From: an uncultured Acidobacteriota bacterium
GTDB taxonomy: Bacteria; Acidobacteriota; UBA6911
Assembly: GCA_963843575.1 (NCBI GenBank)
Contig: CAWJKZ010000009.1
Coordinates: 96,001-160,000, forward strand
Direction of reading: 5' to 3'
DNA: 64,000 nt
Notes under the pieces: generated by a model
What the model was told of the DNA's origin: nothing
What the model saw: the letters and a program-made list of their open reading frames with translations, nothing else
Databases searched by the model: none
Made by a program: the position numbers and the translations under genes
Shown here: piece after piece, positions 10,839 to 20,939 of the stretch
How the letters are laid out: each line of letters opens with the position of its first letter
Position numbering within the stretch: position 1 is the stretch's first letter

Positions 10839-11282
10839 CTAAAGCAGTTCCGCACAAAACAGAGACTCCTCGGACCCCGCCCTCGAGCTGTCTGTTGACT
10901 GGCTATTTACTGCGAAAGCCCGGTTGATGGTCGAGAGGAAGAGCCGAACGGATACTATGTGCTTATCGCCGCCATGGTCGACCTTTTCAAGAACCATTTC
11001 GCCCGTCTTGGAAGGTGCGTTTTTCGCATGTTTGCCCAGCTCGACAAAGATCAGATGGCCGCTCCCCTCTGCGGATTGCCACAGTTCCTGGAGTCTCCGA
11101 TGCAGCAACCGGTTGGCGCCGTTTTTGACAAACACGATCTCCCGGATCAAATTCCACACTCGAACCTGATGAGGAGAGAGCCGATCGGTGCGGATAGCCG
11201 CCAGAGTTTCGGGAATTTCGGGAGTCACCGTCAGCAACGAAACCGCGAAAATCATCCTCGATAAGATCGATCGGTGTGCCAT
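10839..11282 (-). CDS. Hypothetical exported protein, possibly truncated
   Basis: 147-aa ORF with a GGAAAGG RBS and signal-like N-terminus, divergent from the ECF gene. Confidence 0.45.
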   Translation of the reverse strand: MAHRSILSRMIFAVSLLTVTPEIPETLAAIRTDRLSPHQVRVWNLIREIVFVKNGANRLLHRRLQELWQSAEGSGHLIFVELGKHAKNAPSKTGEMVLEKVDHGGDKHIVSVRLFLSTINRAFAVNSQSTDSSRAGSEESLFCAELL

Positions 11283-11516
11283 GGGGCCTTTCCTTCCGCG
11301 GCCTTGTCCTGCCGCGTTCGGCCCCTAATGCGCAGATCGTTCGGAAAGGGGAACATGTCGTCGATCTTCAATAGCTCGCACCGCCGTGGTAAGGCCCAGG
11401 GACATGGAGAGCCGAGCGGGTAGGGTGATCATTCCCTGCGGGGAGGAGAGTCGGAAGATGGGTGTATAATTGCGGACAATTCGGGATCAGCTTCTCACCA
11501 ACTTGGGATTGCCGAG

Positions 11517-12088
11517 ATGCCATCCCCGCACGAAGTCACTCATCTGCTCCAGGCCTGGTGCGGCGGCGACCAGGCGGCCCTGGATAAGCTCGTCCCTCTG
11601 GTTTATGACGAACTGCACAGGCTGGCCCACATCTACATGGTGCGCGAGCGGCCGGGCCACACGCTGCAGACCAGTGCCCTGGTCAATGAGGCCTATCTCC
11701 GGCTCATCGATGCCAACCAGGTTCAGTGGCAGGACCGCACCCACTTTTTTGCCATCTCGGCCAATGTGATGCGCCGCATCCTGGTGCAATTTGCGCGCTC
11801 GCGCGGTTCCCGGAAGCGGGGCGGCGGCGCCGGGCAAGTGGACCTCGACGAAGCGCTCATTCCGTCGCCGGAACGCGATGCCGACCTGATGGCGCTGGAC
11901 GACGCGCTGACTGCGCTGGCCGCGATCGATCCGCGGGAAGGGAGGGTGGTGGAGCTGCGTTTTTTCGGCGGAATGAGCGTGGACGAGACCGCGGAGGTCC
12001 TGCACTCTCGGGCATGATGGTGAAGCGGGATTGGAATCATGCGAAGGCGTGGTTGCTGCAGGAGTTGAAACGAGGGGCGCGCGGATGA
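11517..12088 (+). CDS. ECF sigma factor (kinase-associated, TIGR02999-like), frameshifted near 12005
   Basis: EVTHLLQAW..GDQAALDKLVPLVYDELHRLA, HTLQTSALVNEAYLRL, VVELRFFGG. The C-terminus VKRDWNHAKAWL is in another frame, and its TGA overlaps the kinase ATG (ATGA at 12085-12088). Confidence 0.88.
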
Positions 12089-13947
12089 GTATCGATCGGT
12101 GGCAGCGGGTCAAGGAGATCTACAACTCGGCCCTGGATCTCGAGCCGGGAGGGCGCGAGGCCTACCTGCGAGAGGCCTGCGGGGGAGACCAGTCCCTGCG
12201 GCAAGAGGTCGAGGCTCTGCTGGCCAACCTGCCGGAGGCCGAGGGATTCATGAAGGATCCCGCAATGGAAGTGGCGGCCCGAGGTCTGGCGAAAGACCAG
12301 GAAAACGCGCTGGCGGGAGAGCTGGCGGGCCGCACCGTTTCGCATTACCGCATCATCGAAAAGATCGGCCAGGGGGGCATGGGAGAGGTATTCCTTGCCG
12401 AGGACACCTCCCTGCATCGCAAAGTCGCGCTGAAATTCCTGCCGCCGGAAATGCAGCGGGATCCCGTCGCCCGAAAGCGCTTCCTGCGGGAAGCCCATTC
12501 GGCCGCTGCGCTGGACAATCCCTACATCTGCAGCATCCATGAAGCCGGCGCGTTCGAAGGCAAGGACTTCATTGTAATGGAGTACGTGGACGGTCAAACA
12601 CTGATGGACAAGCTCCGTCGCCATCTGCCGCTGAAGCAGGTCCTGCAGATCGCCACAGAGGTTGCGGAGGCGCTGGAGGCGGCGCACGGGAAGGGGATCA
12701 TCCACCGGGACCTGAAGCCCGCGAACATCATGCTGGCGCAGACAGGTCATGCCAAGGTGATGGACTTCGGGCTGGCCAAGCAGTTGATTCCGCCCGGAGG
12801 AATCGGCAGCCAGGAAGAGTCGGTGACGGCGCTGACCCGAAGCGGGATGACGCTGGGGACTTTGGCCTACATGTCGCCGGAACAGTTACGGGGGGCGACC
12901 GTCGACGCCCGGTCGGACATTTTCTCGTTTGGCGTCGTTCTCTACGAGATGCTGGCCGGTGTTCATCCCTTCAAGAAGGAGACGGGGATGGACACAGCTG
13001 GCGCGATCCTCAACTCGGCGCCTCAGCCTGTTGGAGAGCTTCGCGCGGATACTCCCGCTCTGATCCAGCACATTGTGAGGAAGATGCTCGCCAAAGATCC
13101 GCAGGATCGGTATTCATCGATGCACGATGTAAAGACCGACCTGAAGGAGTTGATGGAGGAGTCGAATCGGCCGGCACCGGGGTTACGTCGAGGGCTTAAA
13201 CCTATGTGCTGGATTGCCGCAAGCGCATTGGTAGTCGTCGGCGTGGGAATCTGGACGTTTTTCATGTTCGCTCCTCGCGAGATGGCATTACCGCCACCGA
13301 GAATCGTGCCTGTAACAACGTCCGGTGGCGCAAATGCTGACCCGTCACTTTCACCGGATGGAAACTGGATCGCGTTTGTCTGGATGGGTGAAAAGCAGGA
13401 CAACTTGGACATCTACGTCAAAGAGTTGAATGGTCCCGGCTTCAATCGATTGACGACCGACCCGGCAGATGACTGGTGCCCCGCATGGTCTCCCGATGGC
13501 CTCCAGATCGCTTTCCTGCGATCCTCGGGGGATCGATGGATCCTGTACCTCATCAGCCCGTTGGGCGGTGGAGAAAGGAAATTGGCTGAGGTAGGCGGCG
13601 GAAAACTCAGCTGGTCGCCAGACGGAAAGAACATCGCGTTTAACGACAGGAAATCGCCGAAAGATCCGCCGAGTATCTGGTTGCTGTCGGTGGAAACGCT
13701 GGAAAAGAAGCAGATGACCGCCCCAGATGTAAGTTACTACGGCGACCATGGGCCGGCCTTTTCACCCAACGGTCGCTACCTTGCATTCGTCAGGTATATT
13801 GAGAGTTCAAGATCCGCGCTTTATGTCATGGATCTTCCCCGTGGAGAGCCAAGGCTTGTGACGGACTATAACTCTCCTGCGGGGCCATGCTGGACTGCCG
13901 ACAGCCGCGAGATTGTCTTCGCCACTGATCCTGTAACAGGAGAAACG
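12085..13947 (+). pseudogene. Ser/Thr protein kinase with TolB/WD40-like (PD40) repeats, 5' part, interrupted by IS1111 element
   Basis: IGQGGMGEVF, VALK, HRDLKPAN, DFGLAK, GTLAYMSPEQ, a TM helix and SPDG repeats. The frame is restored (TGET|ALWRI) when the IS is removed. Confidence 0.92.
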
Positions 13948-13995
13948 CATTATGAAAGCCCGCCGCGTGATATCGGCATTTATACATTGAAGGCC

Positions 13996-14333
13996 GGCTG
14001 TCTGGCGACAGCCCAGGGGCTCTGCCCCTGGCCCCGGGATTTTGTGAGGCATGACTCTGGTGTCCGATAGATAAATGAGGCCTCTGACGATTGTTAGTCG
14101 CCAGAGGCCCGATGCACCATCGGCGCACCGTCGGCCTGACTATCCCTTGCCGGGTTGCGTCCCCGCAGAGCCCGACGCCGTTTCGTCAGGCGGGCCCAGT
14201 CTAGCACGTAGGAGATTGCAGTTTTGAAGATTTGGTCGCGAGCATAGAAGACATCATGAAAAGAAGACGCTCCAACAGCGGTAAGATTGGGATCGGTTCA
14301 AGACACCACTCAAAACCGCCAAAGGAGCGTCTG
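13996..14333 (+). other. Structured non-coding left end of the IS (multiple hairpins, RBS-occluding stem)
   Basis: Hairpins at 13996-14013, 14013-14031, 14079-14109 and 14134-14191. AGACGCTCC (14265-14273) pairs with GGAGCGTCT (14324-14332) over the transposase RBS. Confidence 0.6.
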
Positions 14334-15386
14334 ATGAAAAAGTATATCGGCATGGATGTCCACAAAGCAACAACGGTGATAGCGGTTATCGGTGAGTCGG
14401 GCAAAAGGATTACTGACGGCGTGGTGGAAACATCCCCAGAGGCAATCCTGGATTTCATCAACGGGCAGCGCGGGGCGCTGCATGTCACTCTGGAGGAGTG
14501 CGCACAGGCGGCCTGGCTTTATGACATGCTCCGACCTTACGTCGCAGACGTGTTGGTCTGCGATCCACGCAAGATCGCCAAGGCAAGTAACAAGGCAGAC
14601 AAGTCCGATGCTGCGCGGCTGGCGGAGTTGCTTCGCACGAATGCGCTGACGCGAGTCTACCATGGCGAACAGAGCACTCTGGGATTGAAGGAACTCGCGC
14701 AGGGGTACGCCTGTTTAATCGAGGACAGGACCAGGGTCAAAAATCGCCTGAAGGCTTTGTTCCGGGCCCGCGGGATACCTTGTGAAGGCGCCGGAGTCTA
14801 CGGTCTTGAGGAACGGGAGGAGTGGCTGGCGAAACTGGACTCGGCAGCCGTGCGTGTCCGAGCTGGACGACTCTGCAATCAACTTGACTGCGCCGACTGG
14901 CTGTCGATAGAAGCGGAGCAGGAACTGACAGCTGAGGCACGGAAACATCCCGCTACAAAGATACTTCGCAGCATACCTGGAATCGGGTATGTGCGCGCCG
15001 CTGTAATCATCGGCGTCGCTGGTACTCCGCACCGATTTCGAACCAAGAGACAGTTCTGGAGTTACTGCGGGCTGGGTGTACGAACCGAGGCCAGTTCGGA
15101 ATACAAGATGCTCGCCGGGAAGGTCGTTCGATCCAACAGGCGGCCGCTTGTCCGCGGCTTGAATCAAAACTACAGCCGGGCGCTGAAGTCTGTGTTCAAG
15201 AGCGCGGCCAGGACTGTTGCCTCAGGACCGTGGCGGTCATATTTCGAGGCCATGATCGAAAACGGCACCCCTGAATCACTGGCATACCTGACTTTGGCGA
15301 GGAAGATTGCGTCGGTCACGCTGGCACTCTGGAAAAGAGGAGAACGCTATAGCCAAAAGAAACTGAAGATACCGCACGCGGCATGA
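14334..15386 (+). CDS. IS110-family transposase (DEDD recombinase)
   Basis: MKKYIGMDVHK, LEE, KADKSDAARLAELLR, SIPGIG, F.....FWSYCGL, SS, LARK. AAAGGAG RBS before ATG 14334. Confidence 0.96.
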   Translation: MKKYIGMDVHKATTVIAVIGESGKRITDGVVETSPEAILDFINGQRGALHVTLEECAQAAWLYDMLRPYVADVLVCDPRKIAKASNKADKSDAARLAELLRTNALTRVYHGEQSTLGLKELAQGYACLIEDRTRVKNRLKALFRARGIPCEGAGVYGLEEREEWLAKLDSAAVRVRAGRLCNQLDCADWLSIEAEQELTAEARKHPATKILRSIPGIGYVRAAVIIGVAGTPHRFRTKRQFWSYCGLGVRTEASSEYKMLAGKVVRSNRRPLVRGLNQNYSRALKSVFKSAARTVASGPWRSYFEAMIENGTPESLAYLTLARKIASVTLALWKRGERYSQKKLKIPHAA

Positions 15387-15575
15387 AGCGTCTCGAGGAC
15401 CGACTGAGCAGGTCGGCAATGGTATTCAAATTGAAACCCGAACGAGACGCGAGGTCGAGGGTGAGTCTCAAGAACGCCGTTAGGCCCGGAGATGGAGTCT
15501 CCTTGAAACCATAGGCCCCCTCGCATGACCAAATAAAGCAATAGGCTTCCAAGTCTCAGATAGGACCATGGTCGG
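15387..15575 (+). ncRNA. Predicted bridge/seek RNA (target- and donor-binding loops)
   Basis: GAACGCCGT (15472-15480) and GAAAC (15505-15509) match the two strands of the target. ATAAAGC (15533-15539) and ATAGGAC (15560-15566) match the donor junction. Each pair sits in an internal loop. Confidence 0.8.
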
Positions 15576-15771
15576 CAACACGGCCGCTGTGCTTTGAAAG
15601 TCTCGAACGGATTTGAATTCCGCTGCCCCTTGAACAGCCGGCTTCGTATGCATAGTGCATGCGTTATTCCGGAAATGATCGCAGGATCAGCAGGGCAGCA
15701 CTGAACGAGCGTTGGCTGGATGTCGTGGACCGAAAAAACGCGCCCTGTTCCTGGGGCGGAAGAGTTTGTCC

Positions 15772-15777
15772 TTGACA
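15772..15777 (+). promoter_or_regulatory. -35 box of the circle-junction promoter
   Basis: TTGACA. On circularisation it is exactly 17 bp from CATTAT (13948-13953). Confidence 0.75.
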
Positions 15778-15791
15778 TCCGCTTTCATAGG

Positions 15792-16769
15792 ACGGCGTTG
15801 TGGCGGATCTTCGTGGACGGCGGAGAGCCTCGCAGAGTCCCGGCACGTGGCGAGCGGGTTCATCAGCCCACGGTCAGCCGGAATCGTCTGGCGTACCGAA
15901 GCCTAACCTATAACTCGGATATTTGGAGAATGGAGCTGACCGGGCAGGGGGCGATGAAACCGCCATCGAAGCCTTTATTCTCCTGGTCGTCAGGTGAGAT
16001 AGACCAGCGTATTTCGCCGGACGGAAGCAGGATTGCCTTCGCGTCCGACAGTTCAGGAAGCTTGGAGATCTGGGTTTGCCATGCCGACGGCACAAAGCCG
16101 ATGAAGCGCACCGAAATGAAAGCCGGAAGCACCGGCAGTCCAAACTGGTCTCCCGACGGCAAGAACATCGCTTTCGATTCCACCAAATCGGGGAATGGCG
16201 ATATTTATGTGGTCAGCGCGGAAGGAGGGCCGGTACGCCGCATCACAACTGATCCAACGGAAGAGGTGGTCCCCCGCTGGTCACGGGACGGTCGCTGGAT
16301 CTACTTCGGCTCGAACAGGAGCGGGACCTGGCAGATCTGGAAGATGCCGTCCGATGGAGGCAAGGCGATTCAGATCACCAAGGACGGAGGCATGGTGGCC
16401 CGCGAATCAGCCGATGGGCAGCTCGTGTACTACCATGGTTACTATAATCTTCAGAAAAAAGGTGTGTGGCGAGTGCCGGTATCGGACGGCCAGGAGACGC
16501 TCGTACTGGACAAAGAGATTGACCCCCATAATTGGGATTTGACAGACCGGGGCATCTACTTCATTGATGGCAGTGGCACCGTCAGCCTATGGCGACCATA
16601 TGCTTCTACGATTTTGCGACCCGGTCCATAAGGACTCTGACTCCTGTCCATGGTGCTCCAGGATTTGTGGGTAGATGAGGGTTTGAGCGTCTCGCCCGAC
16701 GGTAAGTGGCTTCTCTACTCCGGTGGGATCTTCACTTCCGACATCATGATGATCGACAACTTCCGCTGA
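15792..16769 (+). pseudogene. 3' part of the interrupted kinase/TolB-repeat gene (frameshifts near 16570-16680)
   Basis: ISPDGSRIAFASD, WSPDGKNIAFDS, WSRDGRWIYFGSNRSG, ending GLSVSPDGKWLLY...SDIMMIDNFR*. Confidence 0.88.
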
Positions 16770-17279
16770 CAGAAGTTATCCACCCATCGCGATCCGTCAA
16801 ATCAGCATGCAGCAGAAGGACGAAACACACTCGATCGGTCTTTGCGCCCAAGGCCTCCGATCGGCTGCCCATCTCGGGTCCTCAGGTTTCTTGGATCGTT
16901 GCTGTCCCGAAGTCCTGTTCACGGAGATCATGCCCGCCAGCCTGAGGCCCCCACCGGGGTCCCGGTCATCTCCGCGAACGCCGTCTCACGTTCTTAACGA
17001 CCGGCGACGACGCGTCAGACTATTTTCCGTCTATGGCTTTGCCACAGGCCGAAAGCAAGCTTTCCTCAATCGCTTTTCCGCTCGATGCTAGGCACTTGCC
17101 TAGTTGTCACCGTCGGTCGCCTTCGTTATGGTGCCATTAGAACCGATACGGGCCGCCGGTGATGTTTGTCTTGCTCGCGCGTCACATCACCGAAAGCCTG
17201 CTCTCCATTGCTGAGAAGGGACGTTTTCTGGCGGCTCCAGTTTCGGCGATGAGTTCAGACAGCGCACCTAAACCATCTG

Positions 17280-18533
17280 GTGGAGGGCGCGGTGGCGCAT
17301 CGATTCAACGGGAGAGGGATGTCTCGCAGCCATCGGCACCAAAGGGAATGGTTTGCCACTACGCTCCGGAGCATCGGCGACGGCGTTATCGCCACGGACC
17401 GTGAGGGGCGGGTGACGTTCATGAACACGGTTGCGGAATCGCTGACCGGGTGGAGCGAGGCCGAGGGGGCCGGTCGGCCTCTAGCCGAGGTTTTTTCGAT
17501 CGTCCGCGCGGCCACGCGCGAGCCGGTTAGTGGCCTTGCAGAGCGTGTCCTGAGGGAAGGCGCCATCGTCGTGTTCCCCGAGCCCTCGCTCCTTTTGGCT
17601 CGCGACGGAACCGAGCGGCCGGTCGACGACTCGGCAGCCCCGATACGCGGCGAGAACGGGGAGACCATCGGCGTCGTGCTGGTCTTCCGCGACGTATCCG
17701 TAAGAGCGATCGCAGAGGCCGAGCGTGCCCAGTTCCTTGCCCGGGAGAGCGCCGCACTGCGCGAGGCCGAAACTGCCCGACTCGCCAAGGACACGTATCT
17801 CGCCACGATGGCGCACGACCTGCGCACTCCGCTCAACGCGATCCTCGGCTGGTCGAGCCTGCTACGCACCCGGAATCTCGATGGCCCGAAAATGGCCCGC
17901 GCTCTCGAGGTCATCGAACACAATGCGCAGGCTCAGGTGCAACTCATCAATGATCTTCTCGACACCTCCCGCATGGCACTCGGCAAGCTGCGGCTCGAGG
18001 TGCACTCGGTCGATCTGTCGCGCATCATCGAGGATGCAGCAGATGCGCTGCGCCCGGCTGCGGACGATAAGGGCTTGAGCCTGGATCTCGATCTCCAACC
18101 CGCGGACCGTCCTGTTGCCGGCAATACCAGCCGGCTCCGGCAGGTGTTCTGGAACCTGCTTTCGAATGCGATCCGTTTTACCCCGGGAGGCGGCCGGGTA
18201 CAGGTAGCCCTCAGATACACCAGTTCCGAAGCGCTCATCTCAATCGCGGACACGGGTGAGGGAATCCGCGACGATTTCAAACCGCACATTTTCAAACGGT
18301 TCAGCCAGGACGAACGCACGACCACGCCGGAACACCACGGTCTGGGCCTCGGGCTGGCAATTGTAAGCGAAATCGTGAAGCTGCACGGCGGCACAGTCTG
18401 GGCCGAGAGTCGCGGTGCAGGACAGGGTGCGACCTTCAAACTCACCCTGCCGCTCGCTGCGGAGATTCATCGCGGAGAATCCGGAGTCGGAGATGTCCCC
18501 GCCCGCAACGAGGTCGGGTGTGCGGGTCCATGA
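17280..18533 (+). CDS. PAS-domain sensor histidine kinase (5' end uncertain)
   Basis: TLRSIGDGVIATD PAS, AHDLRTPLNAILGW H-box, QVFWNLLSNA, DTGEGI, GLGLGLAIV. Confidence 0.88.
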   Translation: MEGAVAHRFNGRGMSRSHRHQREWFATTLRSIGDGVIATDREGRVTFMNTVAESLTGWSEAEGAGRPLAEVFSIVRAATREPVSGLAERVLREGAIVVFPEPSLLLARDGTERPVDDSAAPIRGENGETIGVVLVFRDVSVRAIAEAERAQFLARESAALREAETARLAKDTYLATMAHDLRTPLNAILGWSSLLRTRNLDGPKMARALEVIEHNAQAQVQLINDLLDTSRMALGKLRLEVHSVDLSRIIEDAADALRPAADDKGLSLDLDLQPADRPVAGNTSRLRQVFWNLLSNAIRFTPGGGRVQVALRYTSSEALISIADTGEGIRDDFKPHIFKRFSQDERTTTPEHHGLGLGLAIVSEIVKLHGGTVWAESRGAGQGATFKLTLPLAAEIHRGESGVGDVPARNEVGCAGP

Positions 18534-18808
18534 TCGCTTCAAACGGCCGCATCAGTCTGACCGGCCTCGGGTTCTTCCCCTCCAAAGCTAGGCTGTTTCC
18601 TAGCTTTACAAACGACCGCTTCCTGCTACGTTAGCATTGGTTGATCCTGCGCCGGCCGCATTGCACAACGAATTGGCGAACCTGCAAAGGCACTCGCGGG
18701 ACACCGACAACCGCGTCAACGGGCGCCCCCCAATCGTTTACACGGAAGCAGGTTGTTACAGCGTCAAGGAGTGCGTCTCAACTTGACGCGGCAACGAGAG
18801 GAGGAATT

Positions 18809-19600
18809 ATGCTGGCAAGCCAGCTAGGTATGATTCCCCTGAAAAACAACGCGAAGCAGCATCCTGCAGCCGCCAGCATGGCAAGGATCAAGCGCGCGGA
18901 AACCAGCAATCTCGATGTTGAGGAACAGCCAGAGATGGAGGCGGTTTTGGATGTGAAGACCGAGCGTGTTGACTGGGAAAGCATTCTCACAGGGATCTTC
19001 CGTGGGAAGACCGTGATCGAATGTGGCATGGACCGTAACGTCTTCCGGCAGGGCCAACCTGCCGATTCATTGTTCTATATCAGGCGGGGCAAGGTGAAGC
19101 TCACGGTTATATCCCAGCAGGGCAAGGAAGCTATTGTTGCCATCGTGGGATCCGGGGAGTTCTTCGGCGAGGGATGCCTCGCAGGTCAACCATTGCGTAC
19201 GGCAACGGCTGTGGCGATGACGGATTGCACTCTCGATAAGATCGAGAGGTCGCTGATGGTGCGTATGCTTCACGAGAAGCACGACATTTCGGAATTGTTC
19301 GTCAAGCATCTGCTTTCACGCAACATCCGCTACGAAGCGGATCTCGTCGATCAGCTGTTCAATTCGAGCGAGAAGCGTCTGGCCCGGATTCTGCTGCTGC
19401 TGGCTCATTTCGGCAAGGAGAGCAGAGCCGAGACCGTACTACCCATGGTAAATCAGGATACGTTGGCGCAGATGGTCGGCACGACCCGTTCGCGGGTCAG
19501 TCATTTCATGAACAAGTTCAGGAAGCTTGGCTTCATCGACTACGATGGCGCCGGATTGACGGTCCATAGCGGCCTTCTCAACGTAGTCCTGCACGACTAG
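18809..19600 (+). CDS. Crp/Fnr family transcriptional regulator
   Basis: VFRQGQPADSLFYI..GKVKL, EFFGEGCLAGQ, LAQMVGTTRSRVSHFMNKFRKLG. Start is uncertain (GGAGG RBS before ATG 18809). Confidence 0.9.
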   Translation: MLASQLGMIPLKNNAKQHPAAASMARIKRAETSNLDVEEQPEMEAVLDVKTERVDWESILTGIFRGKTVIECGMDRNVFRQGQPADSLFYIRRGKVKLTVISQQGKEAIVAIVGSGEFFGEGCLAGQPLRTATAVAMTDCTLDKIERSLMVRMLHEKHDISELFVKHLLSRNIRYEADLVDQLFNSSEKRLARILLLLAHFGKESRAETVLPMVNQDTLAQMVGTTRSRVSHFMNKFRKLGFIDYDGAGLTVHSGLLNVVLHD

Positions 19601-19673
19601 CGGCCTTTGGTGTGAGTTGTATTCGGTCAGATGATCAATGCCGGGAAGCGTGGGATATTCAGGGATTGGCGTG

Positions 19674-19920
19674 ATGTGCCACCAAGTCGTGCTCGCCGAT
19701 GATTACCCTTCATTTCGGCAATGCGTCAGGGAGATCCTAGCCGAAACAGAGGATCTTGAAGTAGTCGCGGAAGCCGACGATGGTCAAGCTCTGCTCGACC
19801 TGCTGTGTGATGGTTCCACCGCTGAACCCGTTCTACGACATGCCGTATAACCCGGACGGCGAGAACTGGGTTGACCCGGGCCTGGGCGGCTTCCTCAAGT
19901 CTGCCGGCTACCTGGAGCTA
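19674..19920 (+). pseudogene. Adjacent remnants: response-regulator receiver N-terminus, then cytochrome c peroxidase-like fragment
   Basis: VVLADDYPSFRQCVREIL...VVAEADDGQALL, then in another frame PLNPFYDMPYNPDGENWVDPGLGGFL. Confidence 0.5.
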
Positions 19921-20174
19921 GATTGGGGGCCCGCGTGGGGCAAGCACAGGCGATTGCGGAAGCACCGTCCGCGTCAAGATATGTCGCTATAGCTGTTTGC
20001 GGCTCGGCCGAATATCTTTCCTCACGGAGTGTTCAAAAGTGAACAGACAGCGTTCTTGACCGTTGCTTATTATATTGGGGAGGAAGCAAAAGGACTGTCG
20101 TCTGGGCCAATATTGCAGCTTCAGCCCTAATGTACTAACGGTTCCTAGAATGCCAAAGAGAGAGGAGTCGAGGT

Positions 20175-20543
20175 ATGGATAGAGAGGCCAAGTACGGTGT
20201 CGTTTCGGCATCCAAGATCATCGGCGAGGCGGTGATCAATCGCCAGAATGAAAATCTGGGCAAAATCCATGAGCTGGTAATCGACGCCGAGGATGGGCGT
20301 ATGGCCTACGCGGTTCTCTCCTTCGGCGGCTTCATGGGTATGGGGAACAAGCTGTTCGCCATGCCTTGGAAGGCATTCGAGTTCGCCAAGACTGAGAACA
20401 AGCTCGTTCTGAACGTGGACAAGGAGAAGCTGAAGAACGCTCCTGGGTTTGACGAGGCCGCCAAGTGGCCAGATTTCGCGGACAGGACTTGGGGAAGCAG
20501 CATTTACAAATATTACGGCTACGAGCCCTACTGGAAGCCGTAG
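20175..20543 (+). CDS. PRC-barrel domain protein
   Basis: SASKIIGEAVIN...LGKIHELVID..GRMAYAVLSFGGFMGMG.KLFAMPW, KLKNAPGFD. Confidence 0.92.
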   Translation: MDREAKYGVVSASKIIGEAVINRQNENLGKIHELVIDAEDGRMAYAVLSFGGFMGMGNKLFAMPWKAFEFAKTENKLVLNVDKEKLKNAPGFDEAAKWPDFADRTWGSSIYKYYGYEPYWKP

Positions 20544-20939
20544 GATAAACGATTCGGGCGCTCGCTGATTTCGATGGCCTGGATCGGCGAGCGCGCTGCC
20601 GCGCGTGAGAGCCGTCGCTCAACGGGCGCGACCGGATCTCCATAGCAAAGCCCGACGGCACAGCACGGGAGAGCCTGCTGGCTGTGATGAACCGCCGGGA
20701 CGAGATCACGGCCAGGCTGGCAGATGCCGACCCGGCAGTCAAGGAGAAGCTCGGGGCACTGTACACGGAGTTCTTTCGACTGGCCTAGCCAGCCGGCTGC
20801 GCACCGCCGCAGGCCGGAAGAAAAAGACAGATTACGATCCACATCAGGCTGCTCACAATGGCTCCCGCCGCGGCTTGGCTCCCCCCTTGAAGAGCAAAAA
20901 CAGGCAATTCCCTTCTCAAGTGAAGGAGAGGTATAAGCG

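Larger units (their letters stand above)
13948..15791 (+). mobile_element. IS110-family (IS1111 group) insertion sequence, copy 1
   Basis: Near-identical to 23985..25827 (inverted). Subterminal IRs TATGAAAGC / GCTTTCATA. The ACG core is present at both junctions and there is no target duplication. Confidence 0.95.

Noticed and set aside
14232-14333. TTG-started N-terminal extension of the transposase in the ORF track
   Set aside because: The RBS and the family motif (YIGMDVHK) support ATG 14334.
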